Part shown: one piece after another, positions 10,330 to 21,722 of the stretch
How positions within the stretch are numbered: position 1 is the first letter of the stretch
Layout: each line of letters opens with the position of its first letter
Source of the DNA: Spirochaetota bacterium
Lineage (GTDB): Bacteria > Spirochaetota > UBA12135 > COTS27
NCBI GenBank assembly: GCA_965249715.1
Contig: CBDFMP010000047.1
Span: 128,362-192,361 of the forward strand
DNA length: 64,000 nucleotides
Reading direction: 5' to 3'
Translations under genes and position numbers: made by a program
Notes under the pieces: generated by a model
What the model saw: the letters and a program-made list of their open reading frames with translations, nothing else
Databases searched by the model: none
What the model was told of the DNA's origin: nothing

Positions 10330-11586
10330 TCAAGCTAGGCTCAATGCCTGTTCCAAATCGCTCAGCAGATCGGAACTTTCTTCAATGCCAATGGAGAGCC
10401 GAATAAGTGTTTCACTAATGCCCAGCTCTTTTCTGCCCTTTATTCCCGCTTCAAAGAAGATGGTGGGGGCAACAGGTATAGCCAGCGAACGCGTATCGCC
10501 TAAGTGAGTGGCGCGGCGGAAAACTTTTAAGGCGTTCATCAGCTTGTACAAATTGTACTGCGGTTTCAATTCAAATGACAGGATGCCGCCGCCGCGTGTG
10601 TACCATTGCAACATACGCGCGTGCTGGGGATGCTGTGGCAGACTGGGATGATGAACGGCGGCTACTTTCGAATGTTTGTTTAAATAAGCAGCAATGCTGT
10701 CACTGCTATCGCAAATACGCTGCAAGCGTAAAGCCATTGTTTCCATGCCCAGCGCGATAGTGGCAGCGGCTTGCGGGGAAAGCACACTTCCCATATCGCG
10801 CATGCCGCGTTTACGCAACTGTGTGAAGACAGGTATAGCCGTGTCGCGATATTGCGAGAGAATGCCGGGATCCTGCTCCCAAGCATAATTGCCCAGCTCT
10901 GTAAGCGCCCCGCCTAAGGCGGCTGCATGTCCGCCAATGTACTTGCTGAGCGAATGGTGGGCAAAGGTAAAACCCAATGTCTTTGGTTTGAAATAATACG
11001 GAGTGGTGATGGTGTTATCGGCAATGGTGATGAGCTTCGCTGCTTCCGCTAACTCTTGGATGCCCGCCAGATCGGGAATGATGGTCAGTGGGTTGGCGAT
11101 GGTTTCAAAAAAGAGTATGCGCGTCTCTTTGCGCAGTTTGGCGGCAATATTCGCTTTTGTACTCATATCGACCAGCTCAACATCAATCCCCACGCGCCTG
11201 AGTGTTTGAAAGAGATTGACCGTATTGCCAAAAATGTGTTTGCTCGCCAGTATATGCTCGCCCTTTCTCAGCAAAACAAGCAAGGGCAGTAAAATAGCCG
11301 CCATACCCGTTGCCATGCAGAGCGTCGCTGTACCCTCTTCTAAGAGAGTCAAACGTTTTTCTAAGCTACTGACGGTAGGCGAATTTGAGCGCGCATAGGT
11401 ATAAGTTTGGCTGCGCCCCTGAAACGCGTCAATGAGCTCTTCTACTTTTGAATAGGTGTAGGTTACAGAAGGTTGTATTGGAGTGTGGACTCCGCCATCA
11501 GTGCTGCTCTGCGCGGGGGGACTGTGCAGAATTTGTGTTGTAAAACCCTGATGGATGACGTTTGTTTGGGAAGCTGTTGGTTTCAT
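10330..11586 (-). CDS. PLP-dependent trans-sulfuration family enzyme (O-acetyl/O-succinylhomoserine sulfhydrylase-like)
   Basis: 418 aa with Cys/Met-metabolism PLP family features: YTYARSNSPTV, GMAAI and the PLP-lysine context HSLSKYIGGH. It sits in a cluster with ahcY and metK. Confidence 0.75.
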   Translation of the reverse strand: MKPTASQTNVIHQGFTTQILHSPPAQSSTDGGVHTPIQPSVTYTYSKVEELIDAFQGRSQTYTYARSNSPTVSSLEKRLTLLEEGTATLCMATGMAAILLPLLVLLRKGEHILASKHIFGNTVNLFQTLRRVGIDVELVDMSTKANIAAKLRKETRILFFETIANPLTIIPDLAGIQELAEAAKLITIADNTITTPYYFKPKTLGFTFAHHSLSKYIGGHAAALGGALTELGNYAWEQDPGILSQYRDTAIPVFTQLRKRGMRDMGSVLSPQAAATIALGMETMALRLQRICDSSDSIAAYLNKHSKVAAVHHPSLPQHPQHARMLQWYTRGGGILSFELKPQYNLYKLMNALKVFRRATHLGDTRSLAIPVAPTIFFEAGIKGRKELGISETLIRLSIGIEESSDLLSDLEQALSLA

Positions 11587-11669
11587 ATGGAGACAAACAT
11601 GAACTATTGTCTAAGCTTTGCGTGCTCTGAAACATACTTGTTTGCAAAAGAATGTTGTTCAATGCCTTA

Positions 11670-13010
11670 TTAATAACGATAGGCTTCGTTTTTGTACGGT
11701 CCATTAATTGGAACGTTGATGTACTGTGCCTGTTTTGCTGTGAGCTCTTCCAACTCTACCGAAAGATGCGCCAAGTGTAAACGTGCTACTTTTTCATCTA
11801 AACTTTTGGCTAAGCGATAAACACGATTTTTATATTTTTTGGGGTGCTGAAAGAGTTCTAATTGCGCTAAGATCTGATTTGTGAATGAATTTGACATCAC
11901 CAGCGATGGATGTCCCGTGGCGCACGCTAAATTAACAAGTCGTCCTTCAGCTAAGAGGATCAATTCCTTTCCAGCTTCTGTAGTATAAAGCTCAACTTGT
12001 GGTTTAATCGTGATTTTGTTTGCACCGTAGAGTTCATTCAACTTAGCGGTATTGATCTCATTATCGAAATGACCGATGTTTGCAAGAATTGCCTTATCTT
12101 TCATTTTGCTAAAATGCCGTTCATTGACAACATTGCAGTTGCCGGTTGCGGTGATAACAATATCGGCTTGTTTGATGGCATTGTCCATACGCATGACTGG
12201 AAATCCGTCCATCACAGCCTGTAAGGCACAGATAGGATCAATTTCTGTTACAATGACACGTGCACCCGCGCCGCTCAGCGATTGTGCAGAGCCTTTGCCA
12301 ACGTCGCCATAACCCGCCACAATGGCAACCTTACCAGCCAGCATAATGTCTGTGGCGCGGCGAATGGCATCGACTAACGATTCACGGCAGCCATATTTGT
12401 TATCGAACTTTGACTTAGTGACAGAATCGTTCACGTTGATAGCGGGCAGGGGCAAGGTGCCGTTTTTAACGCGCTCAGTGAGGCGCATGACCCCTGTTGT
12501 CGTTTCTTCACTAATGCCCTTAATATGGGGAACCAGGTGGGGATAACGGTCTAGCACCATATTGGTGAGGTCACCGCCATCGTCGAGGATCATATTGAGC
12601 GGCTGTTTGTTTTCGCCAAAAAAGAGTGTTTGTTCGATGCACCAGTCAAACTCAGCTTCCGTCATGCCCTTCCAGGCAAAAACTGGAATACCGCGTGCAG
12701 CCATGGCTGCGGCAGCATGATCTTGTGTGGAAAAAATATTGCAGGACGACCAACGGACTTCAGCACCCAGCGAACGCAGTGTTTCAATCAAAACAGCGGT
12801 TTGAATGGTCATATGCAAACACCCGGCAATACGCGCGCCTTTAAGCGGTGTTTGTCCGGCGTGCTCCTGACGCAATGCCATCAGTCCAGGCATTTCTGCC
12901 TCGGCGAGGTGAATTTCATTACGTCCCCATTCAGCCAGTTTGATGTCTTTTACCTTGTGACTGAGCGGAGCAGTCTTTGCTGGGGCAATGGTTTGTGTTT
13001 CTAGGGTCAT
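11670..13010 (-). CDS. ahcY: Adenosylhomocysteinase
   Basis: 446 aa with [29 protein letters not shown] at the N-terminus, NAD-binding [13 protein letters not shown] and HFDNEI. Overall it is a typical SAH hydrolase. Confidence 0.92.
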   Translation of the reverse strand: MTLETQTIAPAKTAPLSHKVKDIKLAEWGRNEIHLAEAEMPGLMALRQEHAGQTPLKGARIAGCLHMTIQTAVLIETLRSLGAEVRWSSCNIFSTQDHAAAAMAARGIPVFAWKGMTEAEFDWCIEQTLFFGENKQPLNMILDDGGDLTNMVLDRYPHLVPHIKGISEETTTGVMRLTERVKNGTLPLPAINVNDSVTKSKFDNKYGCRESLVDAIRRATDIMLAGKVAIVAGYGDVGKGSAQSLSGAGARVIVTEIDPICALQAVMDGFPVMRMDNAIKQADIVITATGNCNVVNERHFSKMKDKAILANIGHFDNEINTAKLNELYGANKITIKPQVELYTTEAGKELILLAEGRLVNLACATGHPSLVMSNSFTNQILAQLELFQHPKKYKNRVYRLAKSLDEKVARLHLAHLSVELEELTAKQAQYINVPINGPYKNEAYRY

Positions 13011-13047
13011 GATATTTTCCTTTGTTAAGCTGTGGCTGTTAAGCTTT

Positions 13048-14223
13048 TTATTTTTTTATGGCTGCTTTTATGGCTGCTACTTTGTTTAATTGTTCCCAGG
13101 GATAAGCGGGATTGGTGAAATGTCCGTAATTAGCTGTTTGCTCGTAAGACCAGCCCTTTGGTGTGTGTAAGTTTAACGCATTGATGATGGCAGCGGGTCT
13201 GAAGTCAAAGATGTTGCGATCATTTAACAGGCTTTCAATGGCTTCTTCTGCAGTGTTTGCCGTTCCATACGTATTCACATTGATTGAAATAGGATGTGAG
13301 ATGCCAATGGCATAAGCGACCTGAATTTCACACTGACTGGCAAGCCCTGCGGCTACTATGTTTTTGGCTGCATAACGCGCGTAGTAGGCTGCTGAGCGAT
13401 CAACTTTTGAGGGGTCTTTACCTGAAAAGGCACCGCCGCCGTGCGCACCCATACCGCCATAGGTATCGACAATAATCTTGCGCCCGGTAAGCCCGGCGTC
13501 GCCATGCGGCCCGCCGATCACAAATTTACCTGTTGGATTGATGTAAAACTGCGTATTGGCAGTGATGAGCTGACTGCCTGCAAAGAAGTTTTTTATTTCT
13601 TTTGTGAGTACTGCCTCTAGCTCCACGCGTTCAATGTCATCGCTTTGGTGCGAGAGCACGATGCTTGTGATGGCAGCTGGTTTGCCGTTTTGATAACGTA
13701 CGGAGACTTGTGATTTGGCATCGGGACGCAAGAACCTAATGGCGCCATTGTGCCGTAGCTTTGAAAAGTGTTTTAATAAATTATGGCTGTAACTCAGGGA
13801 AAGCGGCAGATAATCATTGCTTTCATCGGTGGCATAACCAAACATGATGCCCTGATCTCCTGCACCTAATTCATCGTTTTGCTCCACACCCTGCGCTATT
13901 TCCGGCGATTGTTTATGTAGCTTATTGATGTACTCAAAATCCTTATAATAAAAGAGGTACTCAGGTTTGTTGTAACCAATATCCTTGACCACGCGGCGGG
14001 CGATAGCTTCTGGTTTGATGCTATCCCAGCCTTGCGCACGGATTTCACCGCAGTTGATGACTAAATTTGTCGTGACCATGGTTTCACAGGCAATTCGCGC
14101 CCTTGGATCACGTGCCAACGCGGCGTCTAAAATAGCGTCTGAAATACGATCACAGATCTTATCGGGATGTCCCTCAGATACGGATTCGGAAGTAAAAATA
14201 TGTTCTCGGCTTAGTTTGCTCAT
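13048..14223 (-). CDS. metK: S-adenosylmethionine synthetase
   Basis: 391 aa with [28 protein letters not shown] and [23 protein letters not shown] signatures. Confidence 0.95.
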   Translation of the reverse strand: MSKLSREHIFTSESVSEGHPDKICDRISDAILDAALARDPRARIACETMVTTNLVINCGEIRAQGWDSIKPEAIARRVVKDIGYNKPEYLFYYKDFEYINKLHKQSPEIAQGVEQNDELGAGDQGIMFGYATDESNDYLPLSLSYSHNLLKHFSKLRHNGAIRFLRPDAKSQVSVRYQNGKPAAITSIVLSHQSDDIERVELEAVLTKEIKNFFAGSQLITANTQFYINPTGKFVIGGPHGDAGLTGRKIIVDTYGGMGAHGGGAFSGKDPSKVDRSAAYYARYAAKNIVAAGLASQCEIQVAYAIGISHPISINVNTYGTANTAEEAIESLLNDRNIFDFRPAAIINALNLHTPKGWSYEQTANYGHFTNPAYPWEQLNKVAAIKAAIKK

Positions 14224-14494
14224 GTTGCTTGTCCAAAGCTAATAGTAAGTACGGCATTAAGGGTTAAATTTCCACGAGTGACGAAGTATTTATTTATTAG
14301 TATATCATAATGTATCAATTAGCGTATCATAATATTAAGCAGCCTTATTCAAAGCTTGTTTGTATAAAAACTGATTTTTATCAGTTTTTAAATGTTATAA
14401 TTCTAAGCTGCTCATTTGGTGTGACTGTTCTTGTCAGTGTTTACATGAAGCACTTAGCTTTTAATTTTGCAGCCTTTAAGCAGGTGAGCAATAA

Positions 14495-14536
14495 TGACTT
14501 ATTAAGAAATTATTGTGACTTATTAAGAAATTATTG
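14495..14536. repeat. Perfect 21-bp tandem duplication (tgacttattaagaaattattg x2) just upstream of icd
   Basis: Copies lie at 14495-14515 and 14516-14536. The second ends about 22 nt before the likely icd ATG at 14559. Confidence 0.9.
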
Positions 14537-14558
14537 ATTGGATTGTTTTGTGATCACT

Positions 14559-15785
14559 ATGAAAAAAATTAATGTTACAAACCCTGTTGTAGAAATAGAT
14601 GGCGATGAAATGACACGCGTCATTTGGCAACTGATCAAAGAAAAATTTATTCATCCGTACTTGGATATTGAGCTGAAGTATTACGACCTGGGAATACTAA
14701 GCAGGGATAAGACTGATGATCAGATTACGATTGATGCTGCTGAGGCCATCAAACAATACAAAGTAGGCATCAAGTGTGCGACCATCACTCCCGATGAGAC
14801 ACGTGTGCAGGAATTTTCACTCAAACGCATGTATCGTTCGCCTAATGGCACCATTAGAAATATCCTCGGCGGAACGGTTTTTCGTGAGCCTATTATGATT
14901 AATAATGTTCCACGGCTTGTCTCGGGGTGGAAAAAACCGATTTGTATCGGTCGGCATGCTTTTGGCGATCAATATCGTGCAACCGATATTTTGGTGGAGA
15001 AGGGCGGTAAACTCAAACTAAGTGTTGAAACAGCTGATGGACAGCTGCAAACACACGATGTTTACACGTTCACGGATAGCGGCGGCATTGCTTTGGCTAT
15101 GTATAATACCGATGTATCCATTCGCGCATTTGCGCGCGCTTCATTTAATCAAGCCTTGGCAAAAGGCTGGCCGCTTTATCTTTCCACAAAAAACACCATC
15201 CTCAAAGCTTACGATGGCCGTTTTAAAGATATTTTTGCCGAAGTGTACGAGCAAGAATTTAAAACTAAAATGGAAGCACAAGGCCTCAGTTATGAACATC
15301 GCCTCATTGATGACATGGTGGCAGCCTGCTTAAAGTGGGAAGGCGGATTTGTCTGGGCTTGTAAAAATTACGATGGTGACGTACAGTCGGACACGGTGGC
15401 ACAGGGGTTCGGCTCATTGGGGCTGATGACATCCACATTGATCACTCCAGAAGGCGATATCATGGAGAGCGAGGCTGCCCATGGTACCGTCACACGCCAT
15501 TATCGCAATCACCAACAAGGAAAAATGACTTCTACCAACTCCATTGCTTCCATTTTTGCATGGACGCGTGGGCTTGCCTTTCGTGGTAAATTGGACAATA
15601 ACGCGGCATTACAGACATTCGCTGAAAAATTGGAACAAGCCTGTATTCAAACTGTAGAGGCAGGCAAAATGACGAAAGATTTAGCATTGCTTATCCATGG
15701 TGCAGAGCTTAAGTCGGAGCACTATCTTAGCACGGAGGCTTACATGGACGCCGTATTGAGCACTTTTAAAGGGCTGCGCCAATGA
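14559..15785 (+). CDS. icd: NADP-dependent isocitrate dehydrogenase, eukaryote-like homodimeric type
   Basis: The ORF track starts at 14538 (TTG). The ATG at 14559 gives [20 protein letters not shown], the canonical N-terminus of IDH1/IDP-type enzymes. It also carries [29 protein letters not shown] and GTVTRHYR. Confidence 0.9.
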   Translation: MKKINVTNPVVEIDGDEMTRVIWQLIKEKFIHPYLDIELKYYDLGILSRDKTDDQITIDAAEAIKQYKVGIKCATITPDETRVQEFSLKRMYRSPNGTIRNILGGTVFREPIMINNVPRLVSGWKKPICIGRHAFGDQYRATDILVEKGGKLKLSVETADGQLQTHDVYTFTDSGGIALAMYNTDVSIRAFARASFNQALAKGWPLYLSTKNTILKAYDGRFKDIFAEVYEQEFKTKMEAQGLSYEHRLIDDMVAACLKWEGGFVWACKNYDGDVQSDTVAQGFGSLGLMTSTLITPEGDIMESEAAHGTVTRHYRNHQQGKMTSTNSIASIFAWTRGLAFRGKLDNNAALQTFAEKLEQACIQTVEAGKMTKDLALLIHGAELKSEHYLSTEAYMDAVLSTFKGLRQ

Positions 15786-16420
15786 GCTTAGCGGTGTACG
15801 GTCGCACTGAAAATAAGAGTTTTATGCGCGGCATTTACCTGCTTGTTTTGATAGTTTTAGTCAGTTTACAAGCTTGCGGCAGCGGCAATGATGAACGCTA
15901 TCGTTATTATACCACCACTAACTTAGAACCTACGTCGCTGGAGCTTTCAGTAGCAGACAGCCTGCTCAGTGGGCTAACCATGCCCGGCAAGCTGGAAGCA
16001 TTGCAATGGGAACTGCCGCAGGAATGGAAAACTGTTGAGGCAAGCGGTGTGCGTTTTGCCAACTTTCGCTCTGTTGCCACTAGCGTTGAAACAACGATAG
16101 TGAGTTTTCCGGGTGATGTGGGCACATTGCAAGCTAATGTTGAGCGGTGGCTTAGGCAGATGGAAGCACAGGTATCGCCAACTCTGCTTAATCAGTACCT
16201 GACGCAGCTTATGCCTGCCAGTAATGATCAGGGAATGCGATATGTGAAAATAGATTTAATGGAATTTGCCGCGCAACCGGGCAGTACAGCCATTATTGCA
16301 GTAATCCTCAGGATTGGTGGGCAGAGTGTTTTTATCAAAATGCAAGGCACGCAGCGGCTCTTGACGCGCGAACGCGCTAACTTTGATGTTTTGCTGGCAT
16401 CATTGCAGCTGAGCGTTTAG
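15782..16420 (+). CDS. Hypothetical lipoprotein
   Basis: 212 aa with a 4-bp ATGA overlap onto the icd stop. A signal peptide with lipobox ([15 protein letters not shown]) is present. No recognisable domain. Its last ~36 nt begin the 187-bp repeat array. Confidence 0.55.
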   Translation: MSLAVYGRTENKSFMRGIYLLVLIVLVSLQACGSGNDERYRYYTTTNLEPTSLELSVADSLLSGLTMPGKLEALQWELPQEWKTVEASGVRFANFRSVATSVETTIVSFPGDVGTLQANVERWLRQMEAQVSPTLLNQYLTQLMPASNDQGMRYVKIDLMEFAAQPGSTAIIAVILRIGGQSVFIKMQGTQRLLTRERANFDVLLASLQLSV

Positions 16421-17690
16421 GTTGTGCATCCGCGGCAGCTCAACATGTTATTAATGCTTGTTTGCGTTTGGTACGCTGCAAGGTTTTTTTAAACAGGGAA
16501 GACTACGTCTATTGCGGGCAATGAGCTCGTAAACTTGATCACGCAGGCTTGGTTGAATGATGCCTGCTTTTGATGTTTTGCTTGGATCATTGCGGCTGAG
16601 CGTTTAGGTCGTGCATCCGCGGCAGCTCAACATGTTACTAATGTTTGTTTGCGTTTGGCACATTGCAAGGTTTTTTTAAACAGGGAAGACTACGTCTATT
16701 GCGGGCAATGAGCTCGTAAACTTGATCACGCAGACTTGGATGAATGATGCCTGCTTTTGATGTTTTGCTTGGATCATTGCGGCTGAGCGTTTAGGTCGTG
16801 CATCCGCGGCAGCTCAACATGTTATTAATGCTTGTTTGCGTTTGGTACGTTGCAAGTATTTTTTAAACAGGGAAGACTACGTCTATTGCGGGCAATGAGC
16901 TCGTAAACTTGATCGCGCAGGCTTGGAGGCATGATGCCTGCTTTTGATGTTTTGCTTGGATCATTGCGGCTGAGCGTTTAGGTTGTGCATCCGCGGCAGC
17001 TCAACATGTTACTAATGCTTGTTTGCGTTTGGTACGTTGCAAGTGTTTTTTAAACAGGGAAGACTACGTCTATTACGGGCAATGAGCTCGTAAACTTGAT
17101 CGCACAGGCTTGGCTGAATGATGCCTGCTTTTGATGTTTTGCTGGCATCATTGCAGCTGAGCGTTTAGGTTGTGCATCCGCGGCAGCTCAACATGTTATT
17201 AATGCTTGTTTGCGTTTGGTACGCTGCAAGGTTTTTTTAAACAGGGAAGACTACGTCTATTGCGGGCAATGATATCGTAAACTTGATCACGCAGGCTTGG
17301 CTGAATGATGCCTGCTTTTGATGTTTTGCTTGGATCATTGCGGCTGAGCGTTTAGGTTGTGCATCCGCGGCAGCTCAACATGTTACTAATGTTTGTTTGC
17401 GTTTGGCACATTGCAAGGTTTTTTTAAACGGGAAAGACTACGTCTATTGCGGGCAATGAGCTCGTAAACTTGATCACGCAGACTTGGATGAATGATGCCT
17501 GCTTTTGATGTTTTGCTTGCATCATTGCGGCTGAGCGTTTAGGTCGTGCATCCGCGGCAGCTCAACATGTTACTAATACTTGTTTGCGTTTGGCACATTG
17601 CAAGGTTTTTTTAAACGGGAAAGACTACGTCTATTGCGGGCAATGATATCGTAAACTTGATCACGCAGGCTTGAAGGAATGATGCCTGCT
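16385..17690. repeat. Tandem array, 7 copies of a 187-bp unit
   Basis: The unit marker gatgttttgct recurs at 16385, 16572, 16759, 16946, 17133, 17320 and 17507, an exact 187-bp period. Each unit contains the 3' end of the + strand lipoprotein gene and the 3' end of the - strand DCC gene. The copies differ by a few mosaic substitutions. Confidence 0.95.
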
Positions 17691-17983
17691 GCACGCGCAA
17701 AGATCTTCCACCATCCGCCCAGCTCGGTCAGGGCAGCTAAGACCGCTGTACTTTTGGTACGCAGCAGTGAATGTTTACGAAAGACAAGTGTTTGCAATTC
17801 CTGCGTTGGCAGTCCCAAGCTTTTCAGTACTTCGTGACCTTCGGGACTTTGCAATGCCGCATAACTAAGCCGTCTTTTAAGATCACGTTTGCTGAAAAAC
17901 TGGACACTGCTTTGACAAAGCCCGCAATCACTGTCGAAAAAAAGGACAGCAGCTTGAGTGGTTTTACTGGAACGGCGGGTCAT
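17573..17983 (-). CDS. Thiol-disulfide oxidoreductase DCC family (DUF393)
   Basis: 136 aa with N-terminal VLFFDSDCGLCQSSVQFF, the DxxCxxC DCC motif. Its 3' ~115 nt form the last repeat unit. Confidence 0.7.
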   Translation of the reverse strand: MTRRSSKTTQAAVLFFDSDCGLCQSSVQFFSKRDLKRRLSYAALQSPEGHEVLKSLGLPTQELQTLVFRKHSLLRTKSTAVLAALTELGGWWKIFARAAGIIPSSLRDQVYDIIARNRRSLSRLKKPCNVPNANKY

Positions 17984-18118
17984 TTTGTGTTGTTTTATTT
18001 GTCATATAACAGCAAATATTCAGTTCACTGCAGCTAAAGATGCTCAATCATAATATAATATGTTTTATGATTAAAAGCAGAAGCTTTTTACTTTTTATTG
18101 TGAAAGCCTGAGCACTCA

Positions 18119-19423
18119 ATGGAGCAGCAATCGCAGCCGTCACTTCCAGGTGACACCCCGCTCAATACACGTGTTAATACTGAAAGTGCCGTGAGGCATT
18201 TTTTCAGCACCATTACTCTGCAAAAGCTGTTAAAGCAGCTCAGTAGTTTGAACTTGACAGTAATGGCATTGTTTATGCTGTTTTTACTGACACTTCTGGG
18301 CACCTTTTATCAGGTGGAGCATGGGCTGTATGCTGCACAACAACGTTTTTTCTATTCATGGGGGTTTCTGCTCTTCGGATTTATTCCTTTTTTAGGTGCA
18401 AAAACTGTGCTGGGTGTAATGACGGTCAATTTGCTTGCATCGAGTCTTGTGCGTTATAAATTTGAGCCGAAAAAATACGGGATTTTGCTGATTCATTACG
18501 GGCTTAGCTTTTTTTTGGTGGCGTCATTCATTGCCCATTATTTTGTGCGTGAGGCTTATGTTGCTTTGAATGAGGGCGAAAGTACTGGCGCGGCTTATGA
18601 TCATTATGAATCGGAAATTGCTTTATGGGCTGAAACCACTAATGCCAGCGGGCAAATTGAGCGTTCTATGGCAACGTTTGCTGCTGCTGCCATTGTCCCC
18701 GGTCAACCCATTGAACTAAGGGTTCCAGGACACGATGAAATGATTCGCCTTGTCCCCAAGTATTATTATCCGCATGCACGGCCAGCATCCTTTGGTGAAG
18801 CCGATGTGAAAAGTGTAAGTGGATTGACGGCATTGGTTTATGCTCCCCCGCCTAAAAAACGCGAGCAAACTTTCCCCGGTGCGCTTTTTACATTGGAAAC
18901 TGATTATCCACTGAATGTGGATAATGAGAAAAACAATCCCCTGCAAGCTGCAAGGGATGATGTTTTCAGCGCTAAGCTATTGCTCTGGGAGGCTGACCCT
19001 ATTCCTTATGTTCTCACAATGCCCGAAGCTACATTGTATTTGCGCTTGCAACGGAAGCAGTACCCCTTGCCGTTTATTGTGAAGTTAAACGATTTTATCA
19101 AAGAAGATTATTATGGAACAAAACAGGCAAAAAATTACGAAAGTCATGTTGAACTTTTGCGCGGCGATGTGCTTCAGGAAAGTCGTATTTATATGAACAA
19201 CCCCTTGCGTACCGATTATTATACGTTTTTTCAAGCATCATTTGCTCAGGATGCTCAAGGCAATGAGCGCTCTATTTTTGCAGTGGTCTACAATACCGGT
19301 TACTGGGTACCTTATGTTGCAAGTTTGGTGATTGTCCTGGGATTATGTGTGCATTTCATTGTTATGTTTGTTATTCGCATACGCCAGACTGCAATTCAGC
19401 AGCGCGGGGCAACCGCAATGTAG
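18119..19423 (+). CDS. Cytochrome c biogenesis protein ResB/Ccs1 (system II)
   Basis: 434 aa with N-terminal TM helices, a large periplasmic segment and a C-terminal TM helix. It lies immediately upstream of ccsA. The call rests mainly on topology and context. Confidence 0.6.
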   Translation: MEQQSQPSLPGDTPLNTRVNTESAVRHFFSTITLQKLLKQLSSLNLTVMALFMLFLLTLLGTFYQVEHGLYAAQQRFFYSWGFLLFGFIPFLGAKTVLGVMTVNLLASSLVRYKFEPKKYGILLIHYGLSFFLVASFIAHYFVREAYVALNEGESTGAAYDHYESEIALWAETTNASGQIERSMATFAAAAIVPGQPIELRVPGHDEMIRLVPKYYYPHARPASFGEADVKSVSGLTALVYAPPPKKREQTFPGALFTLETDYPLNVDNEKNNPLQAARDDVFSAKLLLWEADPIPYVLTMPEATLYLRLQRKQYPLPFIVKLNDFIKEDYYGTKQAKNYESHVELLRGDVLQESRIYMNNPLRTDYYTFFQASFAQDAQGNERSIFAVVYNTGYWVPYVASLVIVLGLCVHFIVMFVIRIRQTAIQQRGATAM

Positions 19424-19426
19424 CGT

Positions 19427-21646
19427 TTGCCCATGCAAAAGTCACTAACTAACAGCATTAAGCTCATGACGTGCAAGGTCACAGTAGTTGCCGCTATGCG
19501 TAGCGCTGCATTTACAATAACGCTGCTAAAAGCAGCGGTGGTGGTGTTGTTTGCTGTTGTACAGGTTGAAAGCCTTTCTGCTGTTGTATTAGCGGCACAG
19601 ACAGCCCCGACAACGGAAGCGCAAAAGCAACGTTCAAATAGCGATTTTTCCTATTTTAGGGTCAAGCGTCCTGACAAAACAAAAACCGCAGCAGAAATTG
19701 CGCAAACCTTGACGCAAGATGCCAGTATGTTGCCTTACTTGGATGTTAGTGCGCTCCACAACATTTTACTGCATGATGGCGGGCGTGTACAGCCATTTAC
19801 AGCTTATGCACGGAATACATTGCTCAGCTTTAATGGCAGGTCGACGTTTAAAACTGCCGATGGCAAACACTACGATGCAACGGCATGGTTGGCACATACC
19901 ATTTTTGAACCTGAGCTGGCGTTTACCGCGCGTGTGTTTAGGTTGACATATTTAGATGTGTTAAGCGCGCTGGGGTTGACGCCGCATAAGAGCAAACGTT
20001 ATTCTTTTAAGGAACTCAGTCAGAGCGTCAATGAGCTGAAGCGTTTGGCTGAGTTTGCTCAAAGCAAACAAGCAACCCAGCGCAGTTCCTTTGATAAGGA
20101 AGTATTGCGATTGTATGAGAACTATTTATTGTATTATCAGCTACTCAGCTCATTTGTTTATGCCTTGCCCAGCGAAACCTTTGCCATTCCAGCATCGGAG
20201 GTGCGTACACTTTTAGGGCTCAACCCGCAACGCGTACAATTCTCTTATTTAGAACTGATGGAAGTGAGCGAACAGCTTCAAAATATCAGTACTGCAGCTG
20301 TGGAAAAACCGCAGGCAGAGCTCAGTTCGGAAGAACGTATCATCATCACATTGGCGCAGCGTTATCAAAGTTTTCCGCGCAGCTTTGCCGATGTGCCGTT
20401 TCGCTTTTTTCCATCGTATTCCCATGGCGAGGAACGCTGGTTTTCTCCATGGCAACTTTTTTTGGTAAACGCTTGGGAAAATCTTGTTGCGAAAGAAATT
20501 GCTGCGCTTAAGGCAATTGTCAGCGCTTATCGCAATGGTGACCAGGCAGGACTGGACGAGGCTGCCGCCGTTTATAAGGCGTATATTCAAGCAAAATTGC
20601 AGCCGCAAAGTATTGCCACACGTGCTGACTGGGAATGGCGATATTATCAGCTGGATCCATTTTATCGTTCCAGTATTCTTTACGGGCTTGCATTCTTAAC
20701 AATGTTAGGTTTTTTTGCTTTTCCGGGACGCCGCAATGTACAGCGGCGTTTGAAACAAGTAGCAGGCAGCTTCATGTTTATTGCCTTAGTGTTGACATTG
20801 GGCGGGATCATCATGCGCATGGTGATCACAAACAGACCGCCCATTACCAATTTATTCTCCACATTCACCTTTGTTGCATTGATAACAGCACTTGGCGGGT
20901 TGATTTTGGAGCGTTATGAACGCGGCGGGGTAGGCTTGGTCGCAGGTGCTTTGGGAGCAACGCTCCTGCTCTTGACTTCTAATTATTTTGCGATGGAGGG
21001 CGATACATTACACGTTTTAGTAGCAGTCCTCAGAAGTAATTTTTGGTTGACACTGCATGTTATCGCCATTAATTTAGGATATGCCGGCATAGTGCTTTCG
21101 GGATTGATTGCTCATGTATATTTGCTGAAGCGTATTTATTACGAATATTTGTTTAAACGGGCTGCTGTGAAGCCCAGCTCAGCAGCAGCAACATCAGCAC
21201 TGATTGCTGATAAACGTGCCAAGTTGCGGCAAGTGCTTAAGTTAGTTTATGGCGCCCAGGCTTTTGGACTTATTTTCTCAGTTTTTGGCACCATTCTGGG
21301 GGGGGTTTGGGCTGATCAATCCTGGGGACGCTTTTGGGGCTGGGATCCAAAAGAAAATGGTTCACTGCTGATTGTTCTTTGGAGTGCTATTTTATTTCAT
21401 AGCAAATTTGGCGGATTGGTCCGGGATTTGGGTTTTACTGTGGGCGCGGTCATGGGCATTGTGGTGGTCATGTTTGCCTGGTTTGGCATTAATCTCTTAG
21501 GGGTGGGGCTGCATTCTTATGGATTTACTGAGGGCATTGCTTATCCGTTGATACTTTATATATTCCTACAGTTTACAGTGTTATTTTTCTTGATCTATTT
21601 TATTAAGCTTAGTGAACGAATGCGATTGCTCAGCCAGCAGTCCTGA
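19427..21646 (+). CDS. ccsA: Cytochrome c-type biogenesis protein CcsA/ResC with long N-terminal extension
   Basis: 739 aa. The C-terminal polytopic region carries the WWD haem-handling motif WGRFWGWDPKENGSL and flanking conserved His residues. The ~420-aa N-terminal domain is unrecognised. Confidence 0.8.
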   Translation: MPMQKSLTNSIKLMTCKVTVVAAMRSAAFTITLLKAAVVVLFAVVQVESLSAVVLAAQTAPTTEAQKQRSNSDFSYFRVKRPDKTKTAAEIAQTLTQDASMLPYLDVSALHNILLHDGGRVQPFTAYARNTLLSFNGRSTFKTADGKHYDATAWLAHTIFEPELAFTARVFRLTYLDVLSALGLTPHKSKRYSFKELSQSVNELKRLAEFAQSKQATQRSSFDKEVLRLYENYLLYYQLLSSFVYALPSETFAIPASEVRTLLGLNPQRVQFSYLELMEVSEQLQNISTAAVEKPQAELSSEERIIITLAQRYQSFPRSFADVPFRFFPSYSHGEERWFSPWQLFLVNAWENLVAKEIAALKAIVSAYRNGDQAGLDEAAAVYKAYIQAKLQPQSIATRADWEWRYYQLDPFYRSSILYGLAFLTMLGFFAFPGRRNVQRRLKQVAGSFMFIALVLTLGGIIMRMVITNRPPITNLFSTFTFVALITALGGLILERYERGGVGLVAGALGATLLLLTSNYFAMEGDTLHVLVAVLRSNFWLTLHVIAINLGYAGIVLSGLIAHVYLLKRIYYEYLFKRAAVKPSSAAATSALIADKRAKLRQVLKLVYGAQAFGLIFSVFGTILGGVWADQSWGRFWGWDPKENGSLLIVLWSAILFHSKFGGLVRDLGFTVGAVMGIVVVMFAWFGINLLGVGLHSYGFTEGIAYPLILYIFLQFTVLFFLIYFIKLSERMRLLSQQS

Positions 21647-21722
21647 ACTAGGGTGCTGGCTGTCTTTAAATAAAGACCTGGCACTTATTTCCATGGTTTT
21701 ATCAATTCGCAAGAGCTGAGGG

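Noticed and set aside
14224-14330. A possible SAM riboswitch in the metK 5' leader.
   Set aside because: The leader between metK and the next AT-rich segment is short, and I could not find SAM-I or SAM-II conserved cores by eye. An Infernal/Rfam scan would be needed to settle this.
14310-14537. A 75-aa ORF upstream of icd.
   Set aside because: It sits in an AT-rich intergenic region. Its C-terminus (LLRNYCDLLRNY) is simply the translated 21-bp tandem repeat, and there is no RBS or recognisable fold.
16385-17690. The regularly spaced repeats might be a CRISPR array.
   Set aside because: The whole 187-bp unit repeats with no unique spacers. The unit is made of two gene 3' ends, and no cas genes are present.
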